Shown here: one piece after another, positions 1 to 8,219 of the stretch
Position numbering within the stretch: the first letter of the stretch is position 1
Layout of the letters: the number at the start of each line of letters is the position of its first letter
NCBI GenBank assembly: GCA_024277675.1
Contig: JAJRUS010000030.1
Span: 1 to 63,188 of the forward strand
Length of the DNA stretch: 63,188 nucleotides
Direction: 5' to 3'
Source: a bacterium
GTDB lineage: Bacteria; SZUA-182; SZUA-191; JAJRXT01
Notes under the pieces: generated by a model
What the model saw: the letters and a program-made list of their open reading frames with translations, nothing else
The model's database searches: none
Told to the model about the DNA's origin: nothing
Position numbers and translations under genes: made by a program

Positions 1-311
1 TCCATATCCTCCAGGGTATCGGTTACTACCTCAACAACATCGGTAAAATTACGGCAACCGGCAGCCGCCACATTGACCGCCAGCGAACCCAGGGTATCGG
101 TATCGACAGCATCCAAAGCCAGCTTATACCAGCCGGCGACAAGCTCCGTCCAGCTACCGTCAGATGGAGCGGCAAAGGCTCCCCCATGCTTGCTTAAAGT
201 TACGGTGGGACTTACAATACCCGTCTCCGGAGTATAGCCATCGGTTGCATCCACCAGGTAAACATATAGAAAGCTGCCGGTGGCCTGCTTGATTTGAGTT
301 ACGTTTTTCAT
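1..311 (-). CDS. Hypothetical phage structural/tail-region protein, 5' part only (runs off the window)
   Basis: Not in the ORF track. My translation from ATG at 311: MKNVTQIKQATGSFLYVYLVDATDGYTPETGIVSPTVTLSKHGGAFAAPSDGSWTELVAGWYKLALDAVDTDTLGSLAVNV...; beta-rich, open to position 1, follows the tape-measure-like gene. Confidence 0.7.
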   Translation of the reverse strand, partial: MKNVTQIKQATGSFLYVYLVDATDGYTPETGIVSPTVTLSKHGGAFAAPSDGSWTELVAGWYKLALDAVDTDTLGSLAVNVAAAGCRNFTDVVEVVTDTLEDM

Positions 312-351
312 TGCCTGCTCCTTATTTAATAACTGTGGCCTGCCGTTATTC

Positions 352-993
352 TTACCTGATGCTTCTTATAAGTTGATAGGTGCTACCCTGTGAATTAAGG
401 TCCTGATGCACCATATTCAACACCATATCCGCATTCTCGCTTAAGGCCTTGGTCAACTGCTGCTGCATAAATTCTTCGGAGAAGGCGTTTATGATATAAG
501 TCGGCCGTTCCCGTTGTTTTGTCTCACCCTCAAAACGCACCGGCACCCCTCCCCCTTTAAGCGGCACCACTGCTTCCGGGCTGCCGGCTTCGGCTACCAG
601 CCCCAGCGTGGGCCGGTTATACACCCCCCCGTGCTGCATGGGAGTAACCGGTATAAACCGACCGGGCATAATGCCGCCTTCGGCAAACGACATAAGCCCT
701 AAGGCCCCTTCTACTGCACCGGAGGCCGCTCTTTGAGCCACAATGCGCGACAGGTCATTCAAAAATCCGTCGGCAAAATCAGCAAAAGCGGCTTTGGCCG
801 ATTTAGCCTGAGTGGTGAAATCATACAAGGCATCGCCCAGATTCCGTTGTACAGCGGCCGCCTCAACGGCATAGCGATTCTGCCGGGTCATCACATCCTT
901 GATGTCGGCTAAAGCCCGGACTGACATCCGTCTTATCTCTTCCATGTCCGTGGTTTGCTCCCTTATCATAGCTGCTGCCATAACCAACCCCAT
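352..993 (-). CDS. Short tail tape-measure-like protein (C-terminal lambda-H-type region only, 213 aa)
   Basis: Ala-rich helical segment (DALYDFTTQAKSAKAAFADFADGFLNDLSRIVAQRA) followed by FAEGG...HGGVYNRPTLGLVAEAGSPEAVVPL, typical of tape measure C-termini; start codon uncertain. Confidence 0.75.
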   Translation of the reverse strand: MGLVMAAAMIREQTTDMEEIRRMSVRALADIKDVMTRQNRYAVEAAAVQRNLGDALYDFTTQAKSAKAAFADFADGFLNDLSRIVAQRAASGAVEGALGLMSFAEGGIMPGRFIPVTPMQHGGVYNRPTLGLVAEAGSPEAVVPLKGGGVPVRFEGETKQRERPTYIINAFSEEFMQQQLTKALSENADMVLNMVHQDLNSQGSTYQLIRSIR

Positions 994-1421
994 CCTTCAA
1001 GTTAACTGCTATATTAGTATCTCAGCTTGTGTAGCGGGCTGGCCCGCCTCCGTGTCCTCTGTGGTTTAAGTCTTTTTTTAATTACCTGCTTATATGTCTG
1101 TGTAACATGAGTTATCAAGTAATCAGCATGCTGCCTACTATTACATATTATAACCATTCTGTCAAATACGGTTACGTTACGCAAATAGCAAGGGCGCTAC
1201 CGTTATGGCGGCCTATGTTACAATTTGCAACACATGCTTAAAATAGCCCCTCTTTTTGCGCTTTTTCGCTTGTTTTTACACTATGCCGGATTTTCGGGAA
1301 CAGCAGCTATTATTTGATCAGCCCTTAAGCAAACTTAAGTTGCATTAAGCGTCTTCAATCGTTATACTGCTTTTTGAGAATACCATTCTTTAATAACAGA
1401 TAAAAATTCAAGGAAAACCAT

Positions 1422-2810
1422 ATGTGTCTGTCTGATCCTGTATTATCTGCATACGGAGTAGCCTCCAGCATACCGGCCCCCATAAACCGCATGATGGCCA
1501 GATTCGCCGGAAGCTTCAGGAGCGGGGTGGATATAAACCTGGGCGTGGGCTATGTAAATGAGGAAACCATCCCCCGGGATTTGATTCAGAGTGCGCTTAC
1601 CCAGGTGCTGGCTGATCCCGAAAAGTATAAAGTCGCCCTAAACTACGGCGGTCCCAAAGGCTCGCCCAACCTGATACAGTCGCTGCGTGATTTTCATATA
1701 ACCCGGAAGATAGGCGGTCTGACCGAAGATGTGCTTAACCGTAAAGAAATGATTATCGGCCCCAGCGGGGCCACCAGCTCATTAGAGGGCATTGCCCACA
1801 CCCTGAACAGGGGTATAGTGATTACCGACGATCCCAAATATTTTATCTATACCCACCTACTGGAACGCCTAGGTTTTGAGCTGCTGTCCGTGCCGCAGGA
1901 CTGCGATGGGATACAACCCGAATTGCTTAAGCAGAAAATAGCCGCCCTGGGAGAGCGCCAGCAGGAGATCAGCTTTGTTTATATAGTAACCATAAACAAT
2001 CCCACCGGCGCTATCCTTACCAATGAACGCCGCAGAGAGATTGTGCGCATAATCAGCGATGTATGCCGTAAGCAAAACCGGCGGATTCCCATTATCTTCG
2101 ATAAGGCTTATGAATTACTGATTCACCACCCGGCGGTACCCGCTCCGGAATCGGCCTTATTATATGATGAGCTTAATATTGTATATGAAGTGGGCAGTCT
2201 GTCTAAGATTGTGGCCCCTGCCCTGCGTATCGGTTACTTAATCGGCCCCCCCGGCGATTTCATAAACGCCCTGGTGCAGAAGACCAGCGATGTGGGCTTC
2301 AGCGCCCCCCTGATTACCCAGGAGATCGCCAGTTACTTTCTGGATCATCATATACAAGCACAACTGCAAAAGGTAAACCAGGGCTATCGGGCCAAGGCAG
2401 CCGCTATCAGCCGGTATATCGACACCGAGCTGCGCCCGTTAGGGGTGAGCTATTGCGGGGGACAGGCGGCATTTTACTACTACCTGACCCTGCCGGAAGG
2501 GATACACACCCATGAGGACTCACCCTTCCACCGCTTTTTAAACCGCAATACCGGTGATAAGCAAATAGATTTTTTAAATGGAGTTGAAAAGGGGCCTATG
2601 GTTTCTTATATTCCGGGCAGCTTTTGTGTACATGCCCAAGGTGATCTGGTGGAGCTGGGCAAACGCCAGTTCCGCATATCCTATAGCTTTGAAAGCTTAG
2701 AGAAGATTGAGGAAGCCCTGGGCTATTTCCGGCAGGCCATTTTGTTCTCTCAGCAAGCCACCTGCGGTGGGGCAATGAACCTGCTGTGGAGCAATGAAAA
2801 GATAGACTGA
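1422..2810 (+). CDS. PLP-dependent aminotransferase, class I/II (MocR/Aro8, 2-aminoadipate transaminase-like)
   Basis: INNPTG, IIFDKAY and the PLP-lysine motif SLSKIVAPALRIG; lies on the opposite strand inside the phage tail module. Confidence 0.85.
   Translation: MCLSDPVLSAYGVASSIPAPINRMMARFAGSFRSGVDINLGVGYVNEETIPRDLIQSALTQVLADPEKYKVALNYGGPKGSPNLIQSLRDFHITRKIGGLTEDVLNRKEMIIGPSGATSSLEGIAHTLNRGIVITDDPKYFIYTHLLERLGFELLSVPQDCDGIQPELLKQKIAALGERQQEISFVYIVTINNPTGAILTNERRREIVRIISDVCRKQNRRIPIIFDKAYELLIHHPAVPAPESALLYDELNIVYEVGSLSKIVAPALRIGYLIGPPGDFINALVQKTSDVGFSAPLITQEIASYFLDHHIQAQLQKVNQGYRAKAAAISRYIDTELRPLGVSYCGGQAAFYYYLTLPEGIHTHEDSPFHRFLNRNTGDKQIDFLNGVEKGPMVSYIPGSFCVHAQGDLVELGKRQFRISYSFESLEKIEEALGYFRQAILFSQQATCGGAMNLLWSNEKID
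2758..2779 (+). repeat. 22-bp dispersed repeat ccacctg(c/t)ggtggggcaatgaa, copy 1, within the aminotransferase 3' end
   Basis: 21/22 identical to 51177..51198; a degenerate tandem copy follows at about 2780-2800. Confidence 0.75.
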
Positions 2811-2837
2811 GTCAGGCATTGAACCTCATAAACCTGC

Positions 2838-3154
2838 TTAAGGCTCTCTTTGGAGATAATCCCCTATTTCCCGCTCTATTAATTGCATCGCCTGTAAGTA
2901 TTTATAGGGTTGCCCTGATAAGCCCCCCTCATGCAGCAAGAACCCCTTGCGATAATGCTGATACAGGGCCATAAATTCCCCGGTGGCTCTGCTTAACAGC
3001 CTGACCGGACAACGGGTTAAGCGCTGACCTTCAAATTCAAATTGCGCCTGGGGCGTTGTGCAACAGCCCGGTATATTTTCAGCTTAGCGGTGCATACCCC
3101 ACAGTCAAACCCTTCACCTTGCAGGGCCAGGTATACACCTAGGCGCAGTTTTTT
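2838..3154 (-). pseudogene. gpGT-like frameshift extension of the tail assembly chaperone, broken by a further 1-nt frameshift near 3068
   Basis: The -1 frame reads KLRLGVYLALQGEGFDCGVCTAKLKIYR and then stops at 3017. The conserved-looking remainder (GCCTTPQAQFEFEGQRLTRCP...YRKGFLLHEGGLSGQPYKYLQAMQLIERE) lies in the next frame and ends at 2838. Confidence 0.65.
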
Positions 3155-3543
3155 GCCTCATCCTCCGATAACCGGGAAGCAGAGCGAAAAGCCGCCGCCA
3201 GCTCAGCACGCCAGGCCGGGGGCAGTACCGCCAGAAACTCATCCTGCTTATCCCGCTCACTGGGCCAGGTGATATCTTCACCGGCCTCATTCTTTAGTCG
3301 TTCCACCCGGAGCAGACAACTGCGGATAAGCTCCGCCTCGGCTCTTCTATCGGGCCGGTATATAGTGCGCAGACTCTCACCCTGATTGGGATCGCCCTCA
3401 AACTCGATCTCATCCGCCATAGCATACTGAGTCGCCAGATCCGCCACCCCATACCACCACAGCGTCTGCTCATGGGCGGGCAACTTACGCTCTTCCCTTA
3501 ATACATATGGATACTCTTTACCGAAAATACGCACCACCGCCAT
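3139..3543 (-). CDS. Tail assembly chaperone (gpG-like), 134 aa
   Basis: RBS GAGGAGG before ATG at 3543 (the track start at 3732 is too far upstream); position downstream of tail genes; slippery heptamer just before the stop. Confidence 0.7.
   Translation of the reverse strand: MAVVRIFGKEYPYVLREERKLPAHEQTLWWYGVADLATQYAMADEIEFEGDPNQGESLRTIYRPDRRAEAELIRSCLLRVERLKNEAGEDITWPSERDKQDEFLAVLPPAWRAELAAAFRSASRLSEDEAKNCA
3148..3154 (-). promoter_or_regulatory. Programmed -1 frameshift site A_AAA_AAC
   Basis: GCA AAA AAC TGC GCC TAG: X_XXY_YYZ heptamer in the correct phase at the chaperone 3' end, as in lambda G/GT. Confidence 0.75.
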
Positions 3544-3601
3544 AAAACCTCCTCTTCTAATTTTATGCTGTTGATTTATCAAAACGGTAAATTTATTTAT
3601 T

Positions 3602-4057
3602 TTAAGCCGGGTTATAGCGAATATACTCATCCACCGACAAATGTATTTCACCCACATGGGCCAGAATACCGGCAAAGCGCCGCCGCATAACCTTGGCCAC
3701 CCTGGGGGGATCAGCCCCGAAACAACTTCCATTTAAGTTATTATTCTCTCGCAGCTTATCGCATATCTTTTCCAACAGATCACGGAAAACTTTTTCGCTT
3801 TCAGCGCTGTCCTTCTGCCCATATACCCCTTCAATTTTTATCAGGTGCTTAAGGATATTTACTACATTTGCGTGAATTTTTTCATCCGATTGCGGGCAGG
3901 TAATAACCCAAGCATTAAGCCGGTTATTATCATCAGTAAACAGCTTCAACAACGTCTTCCAGTCAACTGTCCAGCGGTCATAATCGTGTACTTTGCCCAC
4001 CCCGTCCACCAATTCAATGATAGTTTTTAATTGGGTTATGATATCTGACAGGCTCAT
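3602..4057 (-). CDS. Tail completion/terminator-like protein, paralog B
   Basis: Clear paralog of 6798..7256 (GKVHDYDRWTVDWKT; NLNGSC; AGILAH; EYIRYNPA); size and position fit a tail completion protein, but the function is inferred. Confidence 0.6.
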   Translation of the reverse strand: MSLSDIITQLKTIIELVDGVGKVHDYDRWTVDWKTLLKLFTDDNNRLNAWVITCPQSDEKIHANVVNILKHLIKIEGVYGQKDSAESEKVFRDLLEKICDKLRENNNLNGSCFGADPPRVAKVMRRRFAGILAHVGEIHLSVDEYIRYNPA

Positions 4058-4452
4058 TTTTGCTCCTCTTCCTTTCTTGTTTCATTGGAGCTGGAGGCAT
4101 AAGGATAATTAGCACAGCTATCCATTTCTATATGGATATGGTTGCGTGTTCTCCTTATAAAATGCTCACTTACTACCTGATAAAACGGCCCCAAGCGAAC
4201 TTGCAGATCATGAACCAACTCGTCCTGGGCATCATCAGGCATGGAATCTGTCCAGATATCTATGGCCTGCCCAAAGAAGTGAAAGGATGGATTTTCCTTT
4301 TCAATATCTTCAGGCTCGGGTTCTCTCCTCCCTGAAGTTATCGTGGGTGTAGTATAACCATAATTAGCCCAAGTATCATCCATTATGGGGAAGAGATCGT
4401 AAATTTCTTGGCACATGTCCTCCATATTAATTCCATGGGCTATATCCGGCAC
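4054..4452 (-). CDS. M15-family Zn peptidase (peptidoglycan endopeptidase/endolysin-like), no signal peptide
   Basis: ITSGRR, SFHFFGQAID and NHIHIE motifs give the His/Asp/His zinc ligands of peptidase M15; ATGA overlap with the downstream gene. Confidence 0.75.
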   Translation of the reverse strand: MPDIAHGINMEDMCQEIYDLFPIMDDTWANYGYTTPTITSGRREPEPEDIEKENPSFHFFGQAIDIWTDSMPDDAQDELVHDLQVRLGPFYQVVSEHFIRRTRNHIHIEMDSCANYPYASSSNETRKEEEQK

Positions 4453-4455
4453 TAA

Positions 4456-5166
4456 TCAATTACCTCCTTTTCCTGAATAACAGCCACCAGTCGGAATAAA
4501 CCTTTCCAGGCTGGGGCACCAAATATATACCTGCCGATCTTCACCTACTGAAAAATAACCAAAACAGGGAAGCTTATTGTTTTGGAACACTTCCTGATAA
4601 ATTTGCTCAACTTGTTGTTGTTCGATAGCTATCGAATCCATTTTCTTTCTATATTCAGAAAGGGGTACTGATTTTTTCCAAGTGTTGGATTTTTTCTCGC
4701 CCGCTATCTTTTCAAATTCAACCTGTTGCAGAAAAAACTTAATTCCTTCTTTAATCTCTTCTGTAGAACAAGCAAGTGAGTAAGTACATTTAAATTGACA
4801 CCGCTTATTGCTGGATGTGTCGAAACAGAGACTTCCCAGAAAGTTGGTTATAGAATCTCTGACCTTGGCCTCACTGTAATCCTCCCCATGGGAATCGGTA
4901 TATATCCGCCAGGTGTTCCAAGCATCAGAAAAGATTTCCTTCTCCTCTTTGGTGTTGGGATCAATCCGGTAGATACGGAAGGACACATCCAGATGAATCA
5001 ATTCCGGCCCGGAGTACGAAAACACCAGCTTCTCCTTCACCCCATCGCCGGTTAAATCCTTATACATTACCTCAGAGTGCTCAAGCCTGAGCTTATCGGG
5101 CCCAGCCGCACCCAGCAAAAACAGGCAGGATATTGTTACAGCAACACGTGCAGATATTTTTCTCAT
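4456..5166 (-). CDS. Secreted hypothetical protein (candidate hydrolase inhibitor/immunity protein)
   Basis: N-terminal signal peptide (MRKISARVAVTISCLFLLGAA), DLTGDGVKE Ca-loop-like motif, Lys-rich, several Cys. Confidence 0.6.
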   Translation of the reverse strand: MRKISARVAVTISCLFLLGAAGPDKLRLEHSEVMYKDLTGDGVKEKLVFSYSGPELIHLDVSFRIYRIDPNTKEEKEIFSDAWNTWRIYTDSHGEDYSEAKVRDSITNFLGSLCFDTSSNKRCQFKCTYSLACSTEEIKEGIKFFLQQVEFEKIAGEKKSNTWKKSVPLSEYRKKMDSIAIEQQQVEQIYQEVFQNNKLPCFGYFSVGEDRQVYIWCPSLERFIPTGGCYSGKGGN

Positions 5167-5197
5167 ATTATTTTCCCCGACAATCTACGCTCTTCCT

Positions 5198-5341
5198 TTA
5201 ATACACTATGGCAGCCCAAACCGTCCTGTCCCAGGATTGCCATTTTGCATCATCCCGGATAGTTTCTTTTAACAGCTCATCATCGGTAACCAGAGGGCTA
5301 TATTCACCCGGGACAGTAACCACATCTTTAATAGTGAGACT
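5198..5341 (-). pseudogene. Start-less fragment of a second SleB-like hydrolase allele (SLTIKDVVTVPGEYSPLVTDDELLKETIRDDAKWQSWDRTVWAAIVY*)
   Basis: 5216..5330 matches 6402..6516 with 3 mismatches in 115 bp; it diverges after RTVW and stops at 5198; an in-frame TGA lies immediately upstream. Confidence 0.8.
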
Positions 5342-5361
5342 TCAGAACCAACCGCTTTTAA

Positions 5362-5952
5362 TTAATTCTCACTAAACATGTTACTAAGCCACCATTTTCC
5401 ATCACGATAGATAAAGGATGGCGAAACGAAGGTTTCTTTCTCCCAAAATGGTTTCTTTCCTTCCCAGTTAAAACTTATATACCCCCAACTTAAATAATAT
5501 CCTCCTCTGAAGCGTTTTTTAATTTCTGCGTTTATCTTTAAATTCTTCACATTTATCAAATAATCTTTAATTGACTTCCACTCTCTGGCCTCTTTGCGGT
5601 ACCCCCTAACTTTTTCTTGATAGCACTTGCTGTTAAACAAACGACAATATTCAAAGCTGTTTTTATCCTTAAGTCTGGCTAATAGTTCGTTTTTGTCCAA
5701 GTAGTAATCAGCTCCTACTGCCACCCTTATGCTACCATGTAAAAAATTTGCTAATCTATCAACATCCTCATTTACAATTATATGGAATAATTCCTCTCCT
5801 ACTTTTTGCAACTCTGCCAATCTTTTGTAGTAGGTAGCCTTTTCCTCACCAGACAACAAGTCAAGTTGGTTCTCCTTCCCCCAAGATGTCCCCATTCCAA
5901 AAGTTAAGAATACAATCAGTAAGGCAGATTGCAAACAGCAACATTTTTTCAT
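5362..5952 (-). CDS. Secreted hypothetical protein (candidate immunity protein for the upstream M23 hydrolase)
   Basis: Signal peptide (MKKCCCLQSALLIVFLTFGMGTSWG), Lys-rich, visibly AT-rich DNA, start overlaps the M23 gene stop. Confidence 0.6.
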   Translation of the reverse strand: MKKCCCLQSALLIVFLTFGMGTSWGKENQLDLLSGEEKATYYKRLAELQKVGEELFHIIVNEDVDRLANFLHGSIRVAVGADYYLDKNELLARLKDKNSFEYCRLFNSKCYQEKVRGYRKEAREWKSIKDYLINVKNLKINAEIKKRFRGGYYLSWGYISFNWEGKKPFWEKETFVSPSFIYRDGKWWLSNMFSEN

Positions 5953-6776
5953 TATGGTAAATATTCCTCCGGGTTGACCCGATTATCAATGGTTCCATCC
6001 GGTGAAACCGTAAAATGTAAATGTGCTGCGGTACTTCGTCCACTTAAATCAACATGTCCAATTACCTGCCCCCTTTTTACCTCTTGCCCCTCTCTTACCG
6101 ACGGTGTCATATGATAATAACCGGTGTAATAGCCTCTGATACCTCTGATTATCACCCTATTTGCTCCTGTGTCATCACGACCTTTCTTCACTACTACCCC
6201 ACTTTCCGCAGCATATACTGCTTCACCTTTCGCCGCCTTAATATCAATACCTTTGTGCTCCTCTTCTTTTTCAACATTAAAAGGATCCGGCCTTGTACCA
6301 AACCCGGAAGTAATTTGTCTGCCCCTAACCGGCCACATGGGAGTAGAGTCTTTTTGCAGGGGATTGTCAAAATCCGGGGCGCCGGCCACATCGGTGGCAA
6401 TCCAAACCGTCCTGTCCCAGGATTCCCAGTTTGCATCATCCCGGATAGTCTCTTTTAACAGCTCATCATCGGTAACCAGAGGGCTATATTCACCCGGGAC
6501 AGTAACCACATCTTTATAAGTAGGGCCTGCCTGTCTTTCCCGGTGGCTTCTTATCTCCCAGGCCATGGTTCGTCTGGCTTCATCGCTTGGGCCTGCCCCC
6601 CAGAAGATGGCCTTCGCCAACCAGTATATATCTTCCGGGATAAATAATATAGCCCCATTTTTGAGGTATGTCCTGGGGTATTCCTCCTCCAGAATAGCCT
6701 TATCATACTCATTCAACATATTATAATACTGGCGCTCTGCTTGGGGCAGTACGTCGGGGAAGGTAATCTCGGACAT
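5952..6776 (-). CDS. Peptidoglycan hydrolase: N-terminal SleB/Hydrolase_2-like domain plus C-terminal M23 metallopeptidase, no signal peptide
   Basis: M23: ITSGFGTRPDP, HKGIDI, YYHM, STAAHLHF. N-domain: YWLAKAIFWGAG...MAWEIRSHR...TYKDVVTVPGEYS resembles SleB. Confidence 0.85.
   Translation of the reverse strand: MSEITFPDVLPQAERQYYNMLNEYDKAILEEEYPRTYLKNGAILFIPEDIYWLAKAIFWGAGPSDEARRTMAWEIRSHRERQAGPTYKDVVTVPGEYSPLVTDDELLKETIRDDANWESWDRTVWIATDVAGAPDFDNPLQKDSTPMWPVRGRQITSGFGTRPDPFNVEKEEEHKGIDIKAAKGEAVYAAESGVVVKKGRDDTGANRVIIRGIRGYYTGYYHMTPSVREGQEVKRGQVIGHVDLSGRSTAAHLHFTVSPDGTIDNRVNPEEYLP
6402..6516. repeat. 115-bp direct repeat, copy within the M23 gene (other copy 5216..5330)
   Basis: Direct comparison by eye: 112/115 identical. 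Confidence 0.9.
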
Positions 6777-6797
6777 TGTCTTTTCTCCTCTGGCTAT

Positions 6798-7256
6798 TTA
6801 AGCTGGGGTATACCGAATATACTCTTGCACTCTGAGGAGTATCTCGCAACGATGCGCAAGAATACCGGCATAGGGGCTGGGCGAGAGCACGCTTACCTGG
6901 GGTGGATCGCTGGTTAAGCAACTGCCGTTTAGGTTGTCATGGGTACGCAATACCGAGCGAATCCCCTCAATCAAATCCTGAAAAGCCTTTTCACTCTCTT
7001 TGCTATCTTTTAATCCATAATAGCCCTTGATGATAAACGCATGCGTGCTGATATTCACCGCTCCTGCGGCATGTAGCCGTTCCTGGGCGCCGCTACGCGT
7101 AATCACCCAACCATTGATCTTATTATCCGCATCCTTGAAGTAACTCAAGAAGGTCTTCCAGTCGGTAGTCCAGCGCTCAAAGTCATGTACCTTGCCGATG
7201 CCGGGCACGGTTTCCAGTAGATTTTTAATTTCGGTGCGTATTTCAGCCAGTCCCAT
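6798..7256 (-). CDS. Tail completion/terminator-like protein, paralog A
   Basis: GKVHDFERWTTDWKT...NGWVITR...EYIRYTPA; paralog of 3602..4057; adjacent to the tail tube gene. Confidence 0.6.
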   Translation of the reverse strand: MGLAEIRTEIKNLLETVPGIGKVHDFERWTTDWKTFLSYFKDADNKINGWVITRSGAQERLHAAGAVNISTHAFIIKGYYGLKDSKESEKAFQDLIEGIRSVLRTHDNLNGSCLTSDPPQVSVLSPSPYAGILAHRCEILLRVQEYIRYTPA

Positions 7257-7267
7257 TTGCGCCCCCC

Positions 7268-8194
7268 CTATGTAAGCTCAATCTTTAGCTCATCATCACC
7301 ATTATTGCGGTTGCACTCAAAATCAGCCCCCAGGGTGCGCGCCCTGCTGCGTTCGGCCAGTCCCAACTTGGTATAACGGCATTTGGGTGCGGTAATGGTT
7401 ACAATATTTCCGGCGATAGCTCCCAGGGCAAGGGTTATGGCGCCTTCACTGCCATTGCGCCATTTACTGTACCAATCATAATCGGCTACCAGGGTTAATT
7501 CAGGGTCCAGCGAGCCTGCGGGACGCCGGCCGGTTAATAAGGCACTGCTATAGCCGCTGGGCCGGTTTATATCAGAGCGTAATTGCAGGGTGTTGGCTAT
7601 GTCCAAATCCAGTTTTTCAATTAGTGCCGAGTAGCTGTCAACCGAAAAGCCGGCCGACAGAAACCGTTCCGGTTCGCTACTGTCGTAGCTAACCCCGGCA
7701 AGCATAACCGCATCGGTAACTTCAAAATCAGCCCCGCTAAATTCAAAGGCCAGCCTGCCCGGCTCACCGGCTGAGAGGTTCAGGCGCACCGTGCCCCTGG
7801 CTCCCCACAGCTTACTCAGTAAGCCGTCCATATAAAGCGCCAGAGTTATTGAGGGAATAGAACTGGAAGCCGGGGCATAGCTGACGCTGGTCGAGGGTAC
7901 AATCGTCTCATCAAAGCCGCAGGCCCGCATAAGCTCCCCCCACTCAGGGGCCACCCCCGGACTGCCGGAACCCTTAAGCTCTACTTCAAAAGCAAGCCTG
8001 GCCGAGCGGCGTCCGCTCAACGATTTATAGGCCGATAAATCCGAGCCGACTATTTTTCGCTGATGCATCTCCACCTGGGGCTTAAAGCCGGGATTAATCA
8101 CCAGGAGTGCATCCCCCGCACCCGGATTTTCAGCCGTACCCTCCAGCGCTTCCAGCTTAGCCGCCAGTTGGGTTTTTTGTAATAAAATCGGCAT
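7268..8194 (-). CDS. Phage tail tube protein (siphovirus-type major tail protein)
   Basis: 308 aa; FEVELKGSG..GVAPEWGELMRACG, RRPAGSLDPE and ITAPKCRY pattern of phage tube proteins. Confidence 0.8.
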   Translation of the reverse strand: MPILLQKTQLAAKLEALEGTAENPGAGDALLVINPGFKPQVEMHQRKIVGSDLSAYKSLSGRRSARLAFEVELKGSGSPGVAPEWGELMRACGFDETIVPSTSVSYAPASSSIPSITLALYMDGLLSKLWGARGTVRLNLSAGEPGRLAFEFSGADFEVTDAVMLAGVSYDSSEPERFLSAGFSVDSYSALIEKLDLDIANTLQLRSDINRPSGYSSALLTGRRPAGSLDPELTLVADYDWYSKWRNGSEGAITLALGAIAGNIVTITAPKCRYTKLGLAERSRARTLGADFECNRNNGDDELKIELT

Positions 8195-8219
8195 AATGTT
8201 CTCTCCATGTATTAAAGAT

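Noticed and set aside
5216-6516. Diversity-generating retroelement TR/VR pair for the 115-bp repeat
   Set aside because: Only 3 mismatches, one not at an adenine; the target is mid-gene rather than C-terminal; no reverse transcriptase in the window.
7268-8194. Contractile injection system (eCIS/R-type tailocin/T6SS)
   Set aside because: No sheath, baseplate, VgrG/PAAR or AAA+ ATPase gene in the window; the tube and G/GT chaperone are siphovirus-type.
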